Below, piece after piece: positions 1 through 11,219 of a DNA stretch of 64,000 bases. How positions within the stretch are numbered: the stretch's first letter is position 1; every line of letters starts with the position of its first letter. The notes beneath the pieces are model-generated. The model did not search any database, was not told the DNA's origin, and saw only the letters and a program-made list of their open reading frames with translations. Source of the DNA: Thermodesulfobacteriota bacterium (lineage in GTDB: Bacteria; Desulfobacterota; Desulfobulbia; Desulfobulbales; JAGXFP01); assembly GCA_039714535.1 (NCBI GenBank), contig JBDLJC010000011.1:3184-67183 (forward strand), read 5' to 3'. Made by a program: the position numbers and the translations under genes.

Positions 1-1
1 G

Positions 2-70
2 AAAAAAGATATGGTCCGGTTCAAAAAAGAAGACATCTTCAAATTCATCGAAAACCATTACGAGAAATAG
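2..70 (+). CDS. 3' end of an excisionase/MerR-type helix-turn-helix DNA-binding protein (partial, runs off the window start)
   Basis: Frame 2 reads KKDMVRFKKEDIFKFIENHYEK then stop. The RFxKEDIxxFI ending is typical of excisionase-family HTH proteins. Only 22 codons are visible. Confidence 0.3.
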   Translation, partial: KKDMVRFKKEDIFKFIENHYEK

Positions 71-72
71 CC

Positions 73-231
73 ATGAGTAACGAATTCATAAGATTCAGAA
101 TCTCTAAAAATGCCCAGGAGATCTTAAAAAGACCGAAGGCTTTTACCCTCTTGGCCCAAATTGCTTTGAAAGCCAAAAGAACTAACTCAGAATGGGGGAA
201 ATGTGCAGAGAAACTCATCATCATTAGATGA
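73..231 (+). CDS. 52-aa hypothetical protein, possibly the 5' part of a degraded phage/plasmid-like gene
   Basis: ATG at 73, 3 nt after the upstream stop. Product is MSNEFIRFRISKNAQEILKRPKAFTLLAQIALKAKRTNSEWGKCAEKLIIIR. It is below the ORF-track length cutoff and I recognise no motif. Confidence 0.25.
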   Translation: MSNEFIRFRISKNAQEILKRPKAFTLLAQIALKAKRTNSEWGKCAEKLIIIR

Positions 232-437
232 TATGGTGCTAAAAAACACATCCCAATCTCACAAATCTATATCATCTTTCTGGAGTTCTGGGTGCGATCC
301 TTGCGAGTCACTTCCCATATGAACCTATATTCATACTCCCTCCTACAGCGACGGGGCAGAAGAAAGATCCGGTCAAGATCAAGCATGAGTCGGGAAAAAT
401 GATCTCCGAACCATACTGAAACAACAGTAACCGGGCA

Positions 438-471
438 TAAAAAAAGAGGCCCTCAAAGGCCTCTTTTTTAT
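438..471 (-). terminator. Rho-independent terminator downstream of ahcY (hairpin flanked by A/T runs on both sides, so possibly bidirectional)
   Basis: Stem agaggcc (445-451) pairs with ggcctct (458-464) around a 6-nt loop. It is flanked by an A-run at 438-444 and a T-run at 465-470, and lies 23 nt past the ahcY stop. Confidence 0.75.
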
Positions 472-493
472 TACTCATACGGACAAGCAAAGT

Positions 494-1801
494 TTAATAG
501 CGATAATAGTCCGGTTTATACGGCCCCTCGACGTTAACGCCGATATAATCGGCCTGTTCCTTGCTCAGGGTGGTGAGGGTGGCGCCGATCTTTTTGAGAT
601 GGAGCATGGCTACTTTTTCGTCCAGATTTTTAGGCAGAAAGTAGACCTTGTTCTCGTATTTACCCGGGTTCTGCCAGAGTTCAATCTGGGCCATGACTTG
701 ATTGGTGAACGAATTGCTCATCACGAAACTGGGATGACCGGTGGCACAACCCAGATTGACCAGCCTGCCTTCGGCCAGAACGATAAGCCTTTTGCCGTCG
801 GGGAAGATCACGTGATCCACTTGGGGCTTAATGTTCTCCCACTTAAGATCCTTGACGGAAGCGATATCGATTTCACTGTCAAAATGACCAATGTTACAGA
901 TAATCGACTGATCCTTCATCTTGTCCATATGGCCTCGGTTTATCACCTGCAGATTACCGGTGCAAGTGACAAAGATATCACCCATTGCCGCAGTCTGCTC
1001 CATGGTCATGACCCGATAGCCTTCCATAGCGGCCTGCAGAGCACAGATCGGATCGACCTCAGTGACAATAACCTGGGCGCCCATACCCCGGAAGGCCTGG
1101 GCGCAGCCCTTGCCAACATCACCGTAGCCACATACTACCGCAACCTTGCCAGCAATCATTACGTCGGTGGCCCGTTTAATCCCATCGAGCAAAGACTCGC
1201 GGCAACCGTAGAGGTTATCGAATTTAGATTTCGTCACTGAATCGTTAACGTTAAAGGCCGGGGCTTTCAATAAGCCATCCTGCATCATTTCGTTCAGACG
1301 GTGGACGCCGGTGGTGGTCTCCTCACTGATCCCGCGAATATCTTTCATCATCTCCGGATATTTTTCGTGCATCAGCAGGGTCAGGTCACCGCCATCATCA
1401 AGGATCATATTAGGTGTCCAGCCATCGGGGCCGAAGATAGTCTTTTCAATGCACCACCAGAATTCCTCCTCAGACTCACCCTTCCAGGCAAAGGTCGGGA
1501 TGTCAGCGGCAACCATGGCTGCGGCGGCGTGGTCCTGGGTTGAAAATATATTACAAGAAGACCAGCGGACCTCAGCCCCGAGATCAACCAGGGTTTCCAT
1601 CAACACTGCGGTCTGGATCGTCATATGCAGACAACCGGCAATCCGCGCCCCTTTGAGGGGTTCTTGGCCGGCATATTCCTCACGGGTCGCCATCAGACCG
1701 GGCATTTCGGTCTCGGCGATAGCGGTCTCTTTGCGGCCCCAATCAGCCAAAGCCATGTCGGCTACTTTAAAATCGCCGCTATCGACGGTTTTATTGCTCA
1801 T
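494..1801 (-). CDS. ahcY: S-adenosyl-L-homocysteine hydrolase (adenosylhomocysteinase)
   Basis: 435-aa ORF with NAD-binding [10 protein letters not shown] and the C-terminal [10 protein letters not shown] typical of AhcY. SD AAGGAG lies upstream of the ATG. Confidence 0.95.
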   Translation of the reverse strand: MSNKTVDSGDFKVADMALADWGRKETAIAETEMPGLMATREEYAGQEPLKGARIAGCLHMTIQTAVLMETLVDLGAEVRWSSCNIFSTQDHAAAAMVAADIPTFAWKGESEEEFWWCIEKTIFGPDGWTPNMILDDGGDLTLLMHEKYPEMMKDIRGISEETTTGVHRLNEMMQDGLLKAPAFNVNDSVTKSKFDNLYGCRESLLDGIKRATDVMIAGKVAVVCGYGDVGKGCAQAFRGMGAQVIVTEVDPICALQAAMEGYRVMTMEQTAAMGDIFVTCTGNLQVINRGHMDKMKDQSIICNIGHFDSEIDIASVKDLKWENIKPQVDHVIFPDGKRLIVLAEGRLVNLGCATGHPSFVMSNSFTNQVMAQIELWQNPGKYENKVYFLPKNLDEKVAMLHLKKIGATLTTLSKEQADYIGVNVEGPYKPDYYRY

Positions 1802-1855
1802 TTTTATTCTCCTTATTTAATACTATCGAAAAAAATCTAGGGATATAACGCCAAC

Positions 1856-3022
1856 TTATTTAATACCGGCAGCATCCCTGAGGGCGTCGGCTTTATTGGT
1901 TTTTTCCCAGGTGAACTCTGCCTCTTCCCGGCCAAAATGACCATAGGCTGCGGTGTTTCGATAGATGGGGCGAAGCAGATCAAGTTCCTGGATAATCGCT
2001 TTGGGGCGGAGGTCGAAATGCTTCTTGATCAGCGCAATGATCTTATCATCGCTAATATTGCCGGTGCCGAAAGTATTGACATTCAAAGAAACCGGTTGGG
2101 AAATACCGATGGCATAGGCCACCTGAACTTCGATTTCAGAAGCAAGACCAGCGGCAACGATATTTTTGGCCACGTAGCGCCCCATATAGGATGATGACCG
2201 ATCAACCTTGGAGGGATCCTTGCCGGAAAAGGCGCCGCCACCATGGGACCCCATGCCGCCGTACGTATCGACGATAATCTTGCGGCCGGTTACGCCGCAA
2301 TCGCCAACCGGGCCGCCAATCACAAAACGCCCGGTAGGATTGATGAAAAATTTAGTACCATTATCGATCATCTCAGCCGGCAGCACCGTTTTAATGATTT
2401 CCTCCATGACTCCTTCCTTCAGGTCATCGTAGCTGACGTCGGGGGAGTGCTGGGTAGAAAGAACGACCGCTTCAACCCGTTTAGGCTTACGATCAACATA
2501 TTCGATGGTTACCTGGCTTTTGGCATCGGGACGCAACCAGGGCAATTTACCGGCCTTGCGCACTTCCGCCTGCTTTTTGACGAGACGGTGAGAGTAGGTG
2601 ATAGGCATCGGCATCAACACCCGGGTTTCATCGCAGGCATAACCGAACATCAGGCCCTGATCACCGGCTCCCTGGTCCAGGTCAACCCCGGTACCCTCGT
2701 CAACGCCCACTGCAATATCTGCAGACTGCTTATCGATGCTGGTCAGAACCGCGCAGGACTTGTAGTCAAAGCCCATGTCGGAGGAGTTGTAGCCAATCTC
2801 TTCGATAGTGTTTCGAACGATCTGGGGCATATCAACCCAGGCGTTGGTGGTAATTTCACCAGCGATTATGGCCATGCCGGTGGTCACCATGGTCTCGCAG
2901 GCCACCCGGGAGGTTTTATCCTGCTCCAAGATGCTGTCAAGAATCGCATCGGATATCTGATCTGCCACCTTATCGGGATGGCCCTCGGAAACTGACTCTG
3001 AAGTAAAGAAGTGGGCACTCAT
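1856..3022 (-). CDS. metK: S-adenosylmethionine synthetase
   Basis: 388-aa ORF carrying the MetK signatures [24 protein letters not shown] and [16 protein letters not shown]. Confidence 0.95.
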   Translation of the reverse strand: MSAHFFTSESVSEGHPDKVADQISDAILDSILEQDKTSRVACETMVTTGMAIIAGEITTNAWVDMPQIVRNTIEEIGYNSSDMGFDYKSCAVLTSIDKQSADIAVGVDEGTGVDLDQGAGDQGLMFGYACDETRVLMPMPITYSHRLVKKQAEVRKAGKLPWLRPDAKSQVTIEYVDRKPKRVEAVVLSTQHSPDVSYDDLKEGVMEEIIKTVLPAEMIDNGTKFFINPTGRFVIGGPVGDCGVTGRKIIVDTYGGMGSHGGGAFSGKDPSKVDRSSSYMGRYVAKNIVAAGLASEIEVQVAYAIGISQPVSLNVNTFGTGNISDDKIIALIKKHFDLRPKAIIQELDLLRPIYRNTAAYGHFGREEAEFTWEKTNKADALRDAAGIK

Positions 3023-3124
3023 TAAGTTTTCCTCTTTGCAATAAAATGGTGAATTTCGGCTGGCAGGGCCAGTCGAAATTAATTAAGAAAAGGCCGTAAT
3101 TGTGCCCTACTTTCAGGGCTAATG

Positions 3125-4066
3125 TCAAGTAAAATCGTTATAATTACGCTCTATTCCCTTGACCTTCCGCACCAGTTCCTTGTTAACCGGCGTCGGGATT
3201 CCCAGTTCAACACCCTTCAGCACCAGAGCGCCGTTAATGGCATCAATCTCGGTGGGTCTTTTGGCTCTGATATCCTGAAGCATTGAAGAAATATTGGCCG
3301 CAGTTGCCCGACAGACTTTCAGAGTAACCTGTAACGGATTATCGGTAAGGGTGATGTCGCTTTTTTCAGCAACGTGTTGCCCTTCAAGAATGGCCGCGTG
3401 CATAATCGCCACGGTTTCGGGCGATTCCAGCAAGACACCATTGGGGCAGTCGTTGATGGCAGTCAGGGCATTTATGCCGACATTGACCAGTAGTTTGGTC
3501 CAGACATGATTAAGAATGTCCGATACCAGCTCGGTTTCGATGCCACCACCGGTGAGTGTTTGCGCGGCCAGAGCCAGTTTTCCCCTTGATTCAGAGTTTG
3601 TGACGATTGCTGGCGATGGCAGACCGATCCGGGTTAGTCCCTGCCCTTTATGCAGGACATGACCGGGACCGATCAGAGTTGCTCCGTGAGAGGTTACTCC
3701 CAGACCCCAACAAACGGTGTCGCCGAGAATTTCCGGCAGCAGGGATAAATGCCCTATGCCGTTCTGCAAAGCGATGAGCAGGGAATCTTTATTGCAAAGG
3801 GGTCTGACTGCCTGCAGAGCCTCTTTGACTTTGCCGGATTTGACGCAGAGCAGGATCAGGTCTACTGGTCCTATCAGTCGCGAATTTACGGTGACATTAA
3901 CTCGACAGCTTCTGGACCGGCCGTTTTCTTCAACAACTAGACCCCGCCGGTTCAACAAGTTCGCGCGGTCAGAATCATGATCCAACAACCATACTTCGTT
4001 AGCTTCACAAAGCGACGCGGCCAGAAGGCAACCCATGGCACCAGGGCCAATGACAGCGATTTTCAT
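3125..4066 (-). CDS. 2-dehydropantoate 2-reductase (PanE/ApbA family)
   Basis: 313 aa with an N-terminal Rossmann motif IGPGAMG. The C-terminal SSMLQDIRAKRPTEIDAINGAL is typical of the ketopantoate reductase family. Confidence 0.75.
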   Translation of the reverse strand: MKIAVIGPGAMGCLLAASLCEANEVWLLDHDSDRANLLNRRGLVVEENGRSRSCRVNVTVNSRLIGPVDLILLCVKSGKVKEALQAVRPLCNKDSLLIALQNGIGHLSLLPEILGDTVCWGLGVTSHGATLIGPGHVLHKGQGLTRIGLPSPAIVTNSESRGKLALAAQTLTGGGIETELVSDILNHVWTKLLVNVGINALTAINDCPNGVLLESPETVAIMHAAILEGQHVAEKSDITLTDNPLQVTLKVCRATAANISSMLQDIRAKRPTEIDAINGALVLKGVELGIPTPVNKELVRKVKGIERNYNDFT

Positions 4067-4132
4067 ATGTTTTGAGCAGGTGACGTTAGCCGCTTCTCTC
4101 CCTAATTCACGTTACGAAATTTTCTACCAATC

Positions 4133-4585
4133 TCACTTGGTTGGGGATGAACTGCCGGCAAGATCCTTGGCCACCAAGCCAGTTTCTTTCCGGGATAGAC
4201 TGGAGACTCTTCTTCCTGCCGATTTTCCTTCAATCCCGGTGGAAAAAATAAGTTCGTCAAAAGATCTGTTCATAGATTTACTGCGGAAGTTATTGAAGAT
4301 GTTGGCGTTTAAGAGAGTGACTTCTTCACCGACCTTGACATCAACGGCAGGGACAGTCGCCCAGATCTGTTGTTCGCCACGGTCCAGCAGAATAAAAATG
4401 AAACCACCGGATCCAGCCCCAGCAATCTCCAGAACCTTACCCCTTATGGAAGTCACAACTTCTTGCGGCAGATCGGCCTTTTCAGCTGTCTGCTCTTGTT
4501 TATCACGGCTGCAGGCGGGTAGTAAGACGAGAAGCAAAACGGCCAGGGCCATCAGAACTATAAATTTATTAAATCTTACAGCCAT
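4133..4585 (-). CDS. hypothetical lipoprotein
   Basis: 150 aa with a hydrophobic signal sequence ending in the lipobox LLPAC. No recognisable domain. Confidence 0.55.
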   Translation of the reverse strand: MAVRFNKFIVLMALAVLLLVLLPACSRDKQEQTAEKADLPQEVVTSIRGKVLEIAGAGSGGFIFILLDRGEQQIWATVPAVDVKVGEEVTLLNANIFNNFRSKSMNRSFDELIFSTGIEGKSAGRRVSSLSRKETGLVAKDLAGSSSPTK

Positions 4586-4644
4586 TATTACTCTCCTTGC
4601 TGATAGTAAATCATCGATGACAGCGAAAATTTAGACTAATAAAA

Positions 4645-6867
<2,223 letters not shown>

Positions 6868-6891
6868 GTTTTCTATTTCCGATTAATGGGT

Positions 6892-7206
6892 TCAGGCTTT
6901 TTCAATGGAACATTTAAGCGGATGTTCATTTTTGTGGGCCAGATCGTGAACAATGGCGACCTTGGTCTCGGCCATATCTCTGGTAAACACCCCCGCCACC
7001 CCATGCCCTTCCTGATGGACCTTCAACATTATCCGGGTCGCCTCCTGGTCATCTTTATGGAAGACCACCTCCAGAACCATAATTACAAAATCCATCGTGG
7101 TGTAATCGTCGTTAAGCAACAACACCTTGTACATCGGCGGTTCTTCAGTTTTTTGGCGGCTGTCAGCGATGGCCAGCCCTTCATGTTCGTGGCGAGTGTT
7201 GCCCAT
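6892..7206 (-). CDS. clpS: ATP-dependent Clp protease adaptor ClpS
   Basis: 104 aa with the core PPMYKVLLLNDDYTTMDFVIMVL typical of ClpS, in the standard clpS-clpA arrangement. Confidence 0.92.
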   Translation of the reverse strand: MGNTRHEHEGLAIADSRQKTEEPPMYKVLLLNDDYTTMDFVIMVLEVVFHKDDQEATRIMLKVHQEGHGVAGVFTRDMAETKVAIVHDLAHKNEHPLKCSIEKA

Positions 7207-7375
7207 TGTTAATTATCCCGATCTTGAAGTTTCCCCCTCTGCTTTCGGGAAACTCGCTATATGTTGAAATTGCTTGGATGATAATCGAACTTAATAATCT
7301 TGCCCTGCATGGATATCAACCATCTACCACGAACATAAAGTTTCCATCATTTGGCAGTTTGTCAATAGAGGAGGT

Positions 7376-8779
7376 CTATCGCGGAGCTACCGTCGCCTTG
7401 TGCCCCCTAGATGTTCGGTGCCCCAGCAATTTAAAGAACATGCTCTCCAGGATTATTTTTTCAGGAATAGTGGAACTTTTCAAGCGGTATTCGGTGGCCA
7501 GCAGCTCAGACAAAGCCTTGGTCAGGGTGGAGGTCTGGAATTTTTCCACTTTTCGAAACATCATATACAGGGCATAGGGATGACCTGGCAGATCCTTAGG
7601 CCAGTCCGCCTGACCACTTTTCAACCGTTCCAGATACCCCCCCTTGAAAGCCGGGAAGGAAAGACCTGGTGAATAGGCGGGATTGTCGAGGTCCCGCATC
7701 GAACCGATAATCAGCATTTTTTTTAGATGATTACGCAGGGTGGCGATAATTACCAGGGGATGCAGACCGTTCTCCAGAAGACGGCCATTGATGATGAGGG
7801 TTGCCGCAAGATCACGGTTTGAGAAAGCCTCGGAAAGTTCATAGACCGCCTCTTCTCTGGTGCGACCGATGACCTCGTTGAGATCGTCTACGGTTATCTT
7901 CTGCCGCCCTTCGGTATAGAGGGCCAGTTTTTCACTCTCAAGGGCGGCGGCCACCGGATGAAAACCGACCCGCTCCAGAAAGATCTCCATAGCCCGGGGT
8001 TCCATCTTCTTGTTTGACTCGGCCAAGGTTCTGCGGACAATCTCGGTCAGCACCTCTTTTTGGGAGTCAGCGGCCGCCTTATTAGTACCGGTATCGACCG
8101 ACAGATCGAGTACCGAGCCCTGTTTAGCGAGGTATTTGTAGAATTTTTTGCGTTTGTCGGCAGCATCGGTAACCAGGATAAGGATATTACCGCTCGGCAA
8201 CCCCTCGTCAAAGGCCTTGCTGTAAAGATCGGTGATATTCTGACCCCCAGGCACCACCGTTGCTTCATTGGTAGACCCAGTTTTTTCCAGAACCTCACCT
8301 GCCCAGGCCAGACTACCTTGGGGTCGGGCAAAGCCCAGTTTATTTTTCCAAGTCGAGCTCGGCAGTTCTTCCAGGTCTGAAGGAGTCATGCCGCCTATAT
8401 CAAGGATCTGGCGCAGATAGCGACCGGCTGCCTCCAGATCATTATTCTGATATTTTTTCACCCCTTTCTCCCAGAGGTTTTTGGCAATCACCTTGGAATG
8501 GAGCAGCCGGGAATCCATGACCTTAATGACCCGACGCCCCCCAAACAAGCTGTAGGTGCGGAGCTGATTAAGGGTCTTGCCCGGTTCCTCCTGATCGCCA
8601 TCGACCAAGATCAGACTACCGGACCGCAGGCTTTCGTCTGGCAGTAGATGATCCAGAATCTGATCAGCGGCCCGTTGACAGAGATATCGTTCTCCGAATA
8701 TCAGGTAGATCTGGGTTGTTTCGCCATTATCGATAGCCTGCAGCAAAGCGGGAAGTTCTTGACGTTTGTAGATGGTCAT
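7376..8779 (-). CDS. holA: DNA polymerase III delta subunit (long form)
   Basis: 467 aa. The N-terminal IYLIFGERYLCQRAADQIL and the C-terminal ELLATEYRLKSS resemble HolA domains. About 100 extra residues sit in the middle relative to the typical ~330-aa protein. Confidence 0.65.
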   Translation of the reverse strand: MTIYKRQELPALLQAIDNGETTQIYLIFGERYLCQRAADQILDHLLPDESLRSGSLILVDGDQEEPGKTLNQLRTYSLFGGRRVIKVMDSRLLHSKVIAKNLWEKGVKKYQNNDLEAAGRYLRQILDIGGMTPSDLEELPSSTWKNKLGFARPQGSLAWAGEVLEKTGSTNEATVVPGGQNITDLYSKAFDEGLPSGNILILVTDAADKRKKFYKYLAKQGSVLDLSVDTGTNKAAADSQKEVLTEIVRRTLAESNKKMEPRAMEIFLERVGFHPVAAALESEKLALYTEGRQKITVDDLNEVIGRTREEAVYELSEAFSNRDLAATLIINGRLLENGLHPLVIIATLRNHLKKMLIIGSMRDLDNPAYSPGLSFPAFKGGYLERLKSGQADWPKDLPGHPYALYMMFRKVEKFQTSTLTKALSELLATEYRLKSSTIPEKIILESMFFKLLGHRTSRGHKATVAPR

Positions 8780-8799
8780 AATTTATCAAAATACACGGT

Positions 8800-8930
8800 T
8801 TGGAATTTTTTAAAATGGTTAAAAGAAATGATGGAATTGTTATGCTGTAAATAGTCATGTTAAACTGATTATTGGAAAAATGGTGTGGCGATTGCCCGGA
8901 CCCAGATAAATTGGAATTTTTAAAATGGTT
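8800..8930. repeat. Direct repeats TTGGAATTTT(T)TAAAATGGTT in the holA/epimerase divergent intergenic region
   Basis: ttggaattttttaaaatggtt at 8800-8820 and ttggaatttttaaaatggtt at 8911-8930 are identical apart from one extra T in the first copy. A shorter relative, ttggaaaaatggtg, lies between them. Confidence 0.7.
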
Positions 8931-8946
8931 CTGGACTCTGTTCTGT

Positions 8947-9058
8947 ACCCCCTTTAGGGGTATAAGTGCCTTAACAGGAGAGTGTAACTCTTGAAAATAA
9001 TTTAACTTTTTAATTTATTGCCATAAAAACCACGAAATTAACTGCTAAGGCACTAAAA
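8947..9058 (+). repeat. Structured intergenic repeat element, copy 1 (candidate ncRNA or 5' leader)
   Basis: The layout is CCCC-loop-GGGG, then TATAAGTGCCTTAAC, then a small hairpin agagt-gta-actct, then an AT-rich stretch containing CATAAAAAC, then GCTAAGGCACTAAA. AGTGCCTTA pairs with TAAGGCACT. The element ends 20 nt before the epimerase ATG. The second copy is at 35116-35222. Confidence 0.6.
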
Positions 9059-9078
9059 ATCAGGTTATACATCTCATT

Positions 9079-10233
9079 ATGGCTAAAGAAAATTCAAAAA
9101 ACCCAGCCCAGCGAATTGGAACGCTGGTCGGCGGTTCCGGCCTGATCGGCGGGGCTCTGATGCATTATTTCAAGACCCATGCCGGCGATGAAATTGATGT
9201 CCTTGCCCCAAACAGCAAGAAACTCAGTCTGCGGGAACCGGATGATATCACAAGATATTTTCGGAAAAATCGGCCCGCTTTCATCATCAATACCGCCATC
9301 GCTTCCCTCGACAGCGATGCCCAGCTGGCCTTTGAGGTCAATTACCAGGGAGCCATTAATCTGGCCCGGGTGGCTTTGACCCTCGGTATTCCCTACATCC
9401 ATTTCAGTTCGGCAGCCATTATGCCCAATGGCGAAAACCTTGGCGAGGAGGACGTGCTACCCCTGACCGCCGACCTTTCTAATTATGCCAAGTCAAAGCT
9501 GATGGCGGAACAAACCCTTAAGCATATGCACAAGACCATGGGGCTTGATTACACCGCCATTCGGCTGGGAGTGGTTTATGGTAAGCATGACCACAAGATC
9601 CAGGGTTTCCAGAGGCTGTTCTTTTCGATCATGAACCGGGCGATGCTGGTGATGCTCACCAGAAAGGGGGTTCGCCACTCCTATACCCACGCCAAAAAAC
9701 TGCCGCCTTTTATCCATTATATTCTCGACAACCGGGCCGAATTTTCGGGGGAAACCTATAATTTTGTTGACCAGGAACCGGTGGAGCTGGCCTGTGTTAT
9801 TCTGACGATCAAACGGTATCTGGAGCTTGGTATTCCCAAGAAAATTTTTCTGCCCTACCCGCTGGCAAGACTGGCCCGACATGGCCTGGAGCTGGTGGTA
9901 AAGGTGCTCAGCCGGATCGGGGTGGAGGCCAGAATGCCTGGCGAGCTGATGTTTTTGGAAAATTTTTACAAGACCCAGACCCTTTCCGCCGCCCAGTTGC
10001 TTAATTCAAGCTACCGGGATCCAGTCGGGGACAAGGTAACGGTTTACAGCAAACTGCCCGATATGATCGAATACTATCTGACTCGCTGGGAGCACTTGAA
10101 TCTCATCTCTTCATACAACCGTGAAGTTTTTGATCCCATCCACAGAGTAGAGGTGTTTGAGGATGACCCTGGCCGCCTTCTGGAGACTATGAAAAATGAT
10201 AGTTTAGAGCGGTTCCCCGGCTTGGAAGATTAA
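9079..10233 (+). CDS. NAD-dependent epimerase/dehydratase family protein (SDR)
   Basis: 384 aa with an N-terminal Rossmann motif GGSGLIGG and general extended-SDR resemblance. Substrate unknown. Confidence 0.7.
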   Translation: MAKENSKNPAQRIGTLVGGSGLIGGALMHYFKTHAGDEIDVLAPNSKKLSLREPDDITRYFRKNRPAFIINTAIASLDSDAQLAFEVNYQGAINLARVALTLGIPYIHFSSAAIMPNGENLGEEDVLPLTADLSNYAKSKLMAEQTLKHMHKTMGLDYTAIRLGVVYGKHDHKIQGFQRLFFSIMNRAMLVMLTRKGVRHSYTHAKKLPPFIHYILDNRAEFSGETYNFVDQEPVELACVILTIKRYLELGIPKKIFLPYPLARLARHGLELVVKVLSRIGVEARMPGELMFLENFYKTQTLSAAQLLNSSYRDPVGDKVTVYSKLPDMIEYYLTRWEHLNLISSYNREVFDPIHRVEVFEDDPGRLLETMKNDSLERFPGLED

Positions 10234-11084
10234 TGCCTTTATTCGGGGCGCATATGTCGATCAGCGGCGGGCTGCGGTTGGCCTTTGATCGATTGGCCGC
10301 AGTTGATGGCGAGGCCCTGCAGATATTTACCGCCAACCAGAGGCAATGGCAGCCGAAACTACCCGATGAGCAGGAGATCGGGCTTTTCAGGGAAATGCGG
10401 CGATCCTTGGCCGGAATCCCGGTGGCTTCCCACGATTCCTATCTGATCAACCTCGCTTCACCCAAACCGGAAACCGAGAAAAAATCCATAACGGCTTTAG
10501 CCGAGGAGTTGCGCCGCTGTGCGGCCCTTGGGGTGGAATATGTGGTGATGCACCCCGGTGCACATCTTGGTAAGGAAATAGCGGCGGGGATCACCCGGTT
10601 CACCGCCAATCTGGACCGGGCCTTCAAAGAGGCCGCAATTGGCAGGGAGGTCATGGTTTTGCTGGAAACCACCGCCGGCCAGGGCACCAGCCTGGGCGCT
10701 GATTTCGCCGAACTGGCAAAGATTATCGCCGGTTCAATGTTTTCACCGCAGTTGGGGGTCTGTTTTGATACATGTCATGTGTTTGCCGCCGGTTATGATC
10801 TCAGAACCCCCGCGGCCTACCAAAAAACCATGGCCGAATTTGAGCGAGTAGTCGGTCTTGACCGGCTCAAGTTTTTCCATCTCAACGACTCAAAGAAGGA
10901 ACTGGGCAGCCGGGTTGACCGCCATGCTCATATCGGCCAGGGACGGATCGGGGTGGAGGGCTTCAGGTTGCTGGTCAATGATCCCCGTTTTAGTGAGCAC
11001 CCGATGGTTCTGGAAACCCCCAAGTCGGAAGATATGCACGAAGATAAAGAGAATTTACAACTACTGAGAAGTCTCCTTGCATAA
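10233..11084 (+). CDS. nfo: deoxyribonuclease IV (endonuclease IV)
   Basis: 283 aa with AP-endonuclease family 2 motifs HDSYLINL, VMHPGAH and FHLNDSK. The start overlaps the upstream stop (TAATG). Confidence 0.9.
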   Translation: MPLFGAHMSISGGLRLAFDRLAAVDGEALQIFTANQRQWQPKLPDEQEIGLFREMRRSLAGIPVASHDSYLINLASPKPETEKKSITALAEELRRCAALGVEYVVMHPGAHLGKEIAAGITRFTANLDRAFKEAAIGREVMVLLETTAGQGTSLGADFAELAKIIAGSMFSPQLGVCFDTCHVFAAGYDLRTPAAYQKTMAEFERVVGLDRLKFFHLNDSKKELGSRVDRHAHIGQGRIGVEGFRLLVNDPRFSEHPMVLETPKSEDMHEDKENLQLLRSLLA

Positions 11085-11219
11085 CGGCTGTTGTCTGCTC
11101 GAAACAGGCAGAGCAATTTTGCTGACGATGGCTTAGACAAGCAATTTTAATCTAGCGAAACATCTATCTTACCAATCAGGCGATTTTGCCAATCCATAAA
11201 TAAATTCGAGTTTATCTTG

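Noticed and set aside
1802-1855. SAH riboswitch expected upstream of ahcY, and S-box upstream of metK.
   Set aside because: The ahcY upstream gap is only 54 nt and the metK leader about 100 nt. That is too short for SAM-I, and I could not recognise the SAH or SAM-II core motifs. Only a generic hairpin is reported as a low-interest finding.
2243-2995. Long ORFs antisense to well-supported genes. Examples: 250 aa opposite metK; 599-1240 opposite ahcY; 11772-12371 opposite recQ; 24434-25048 opposite mtnA; 36828-37826 (332 aa) opposite gyrA; 53860-54366 opposite icd; 47603-48145 opposite the TA pair.
   Set aside because: All lie entirely within, and opposite to, genes with unambiguous family motifs. 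Their products are low-complexity and Gly/Arg/Pro-rich or otherwise featureless, and they lack SD sequences. They are typical shadow ORFs.
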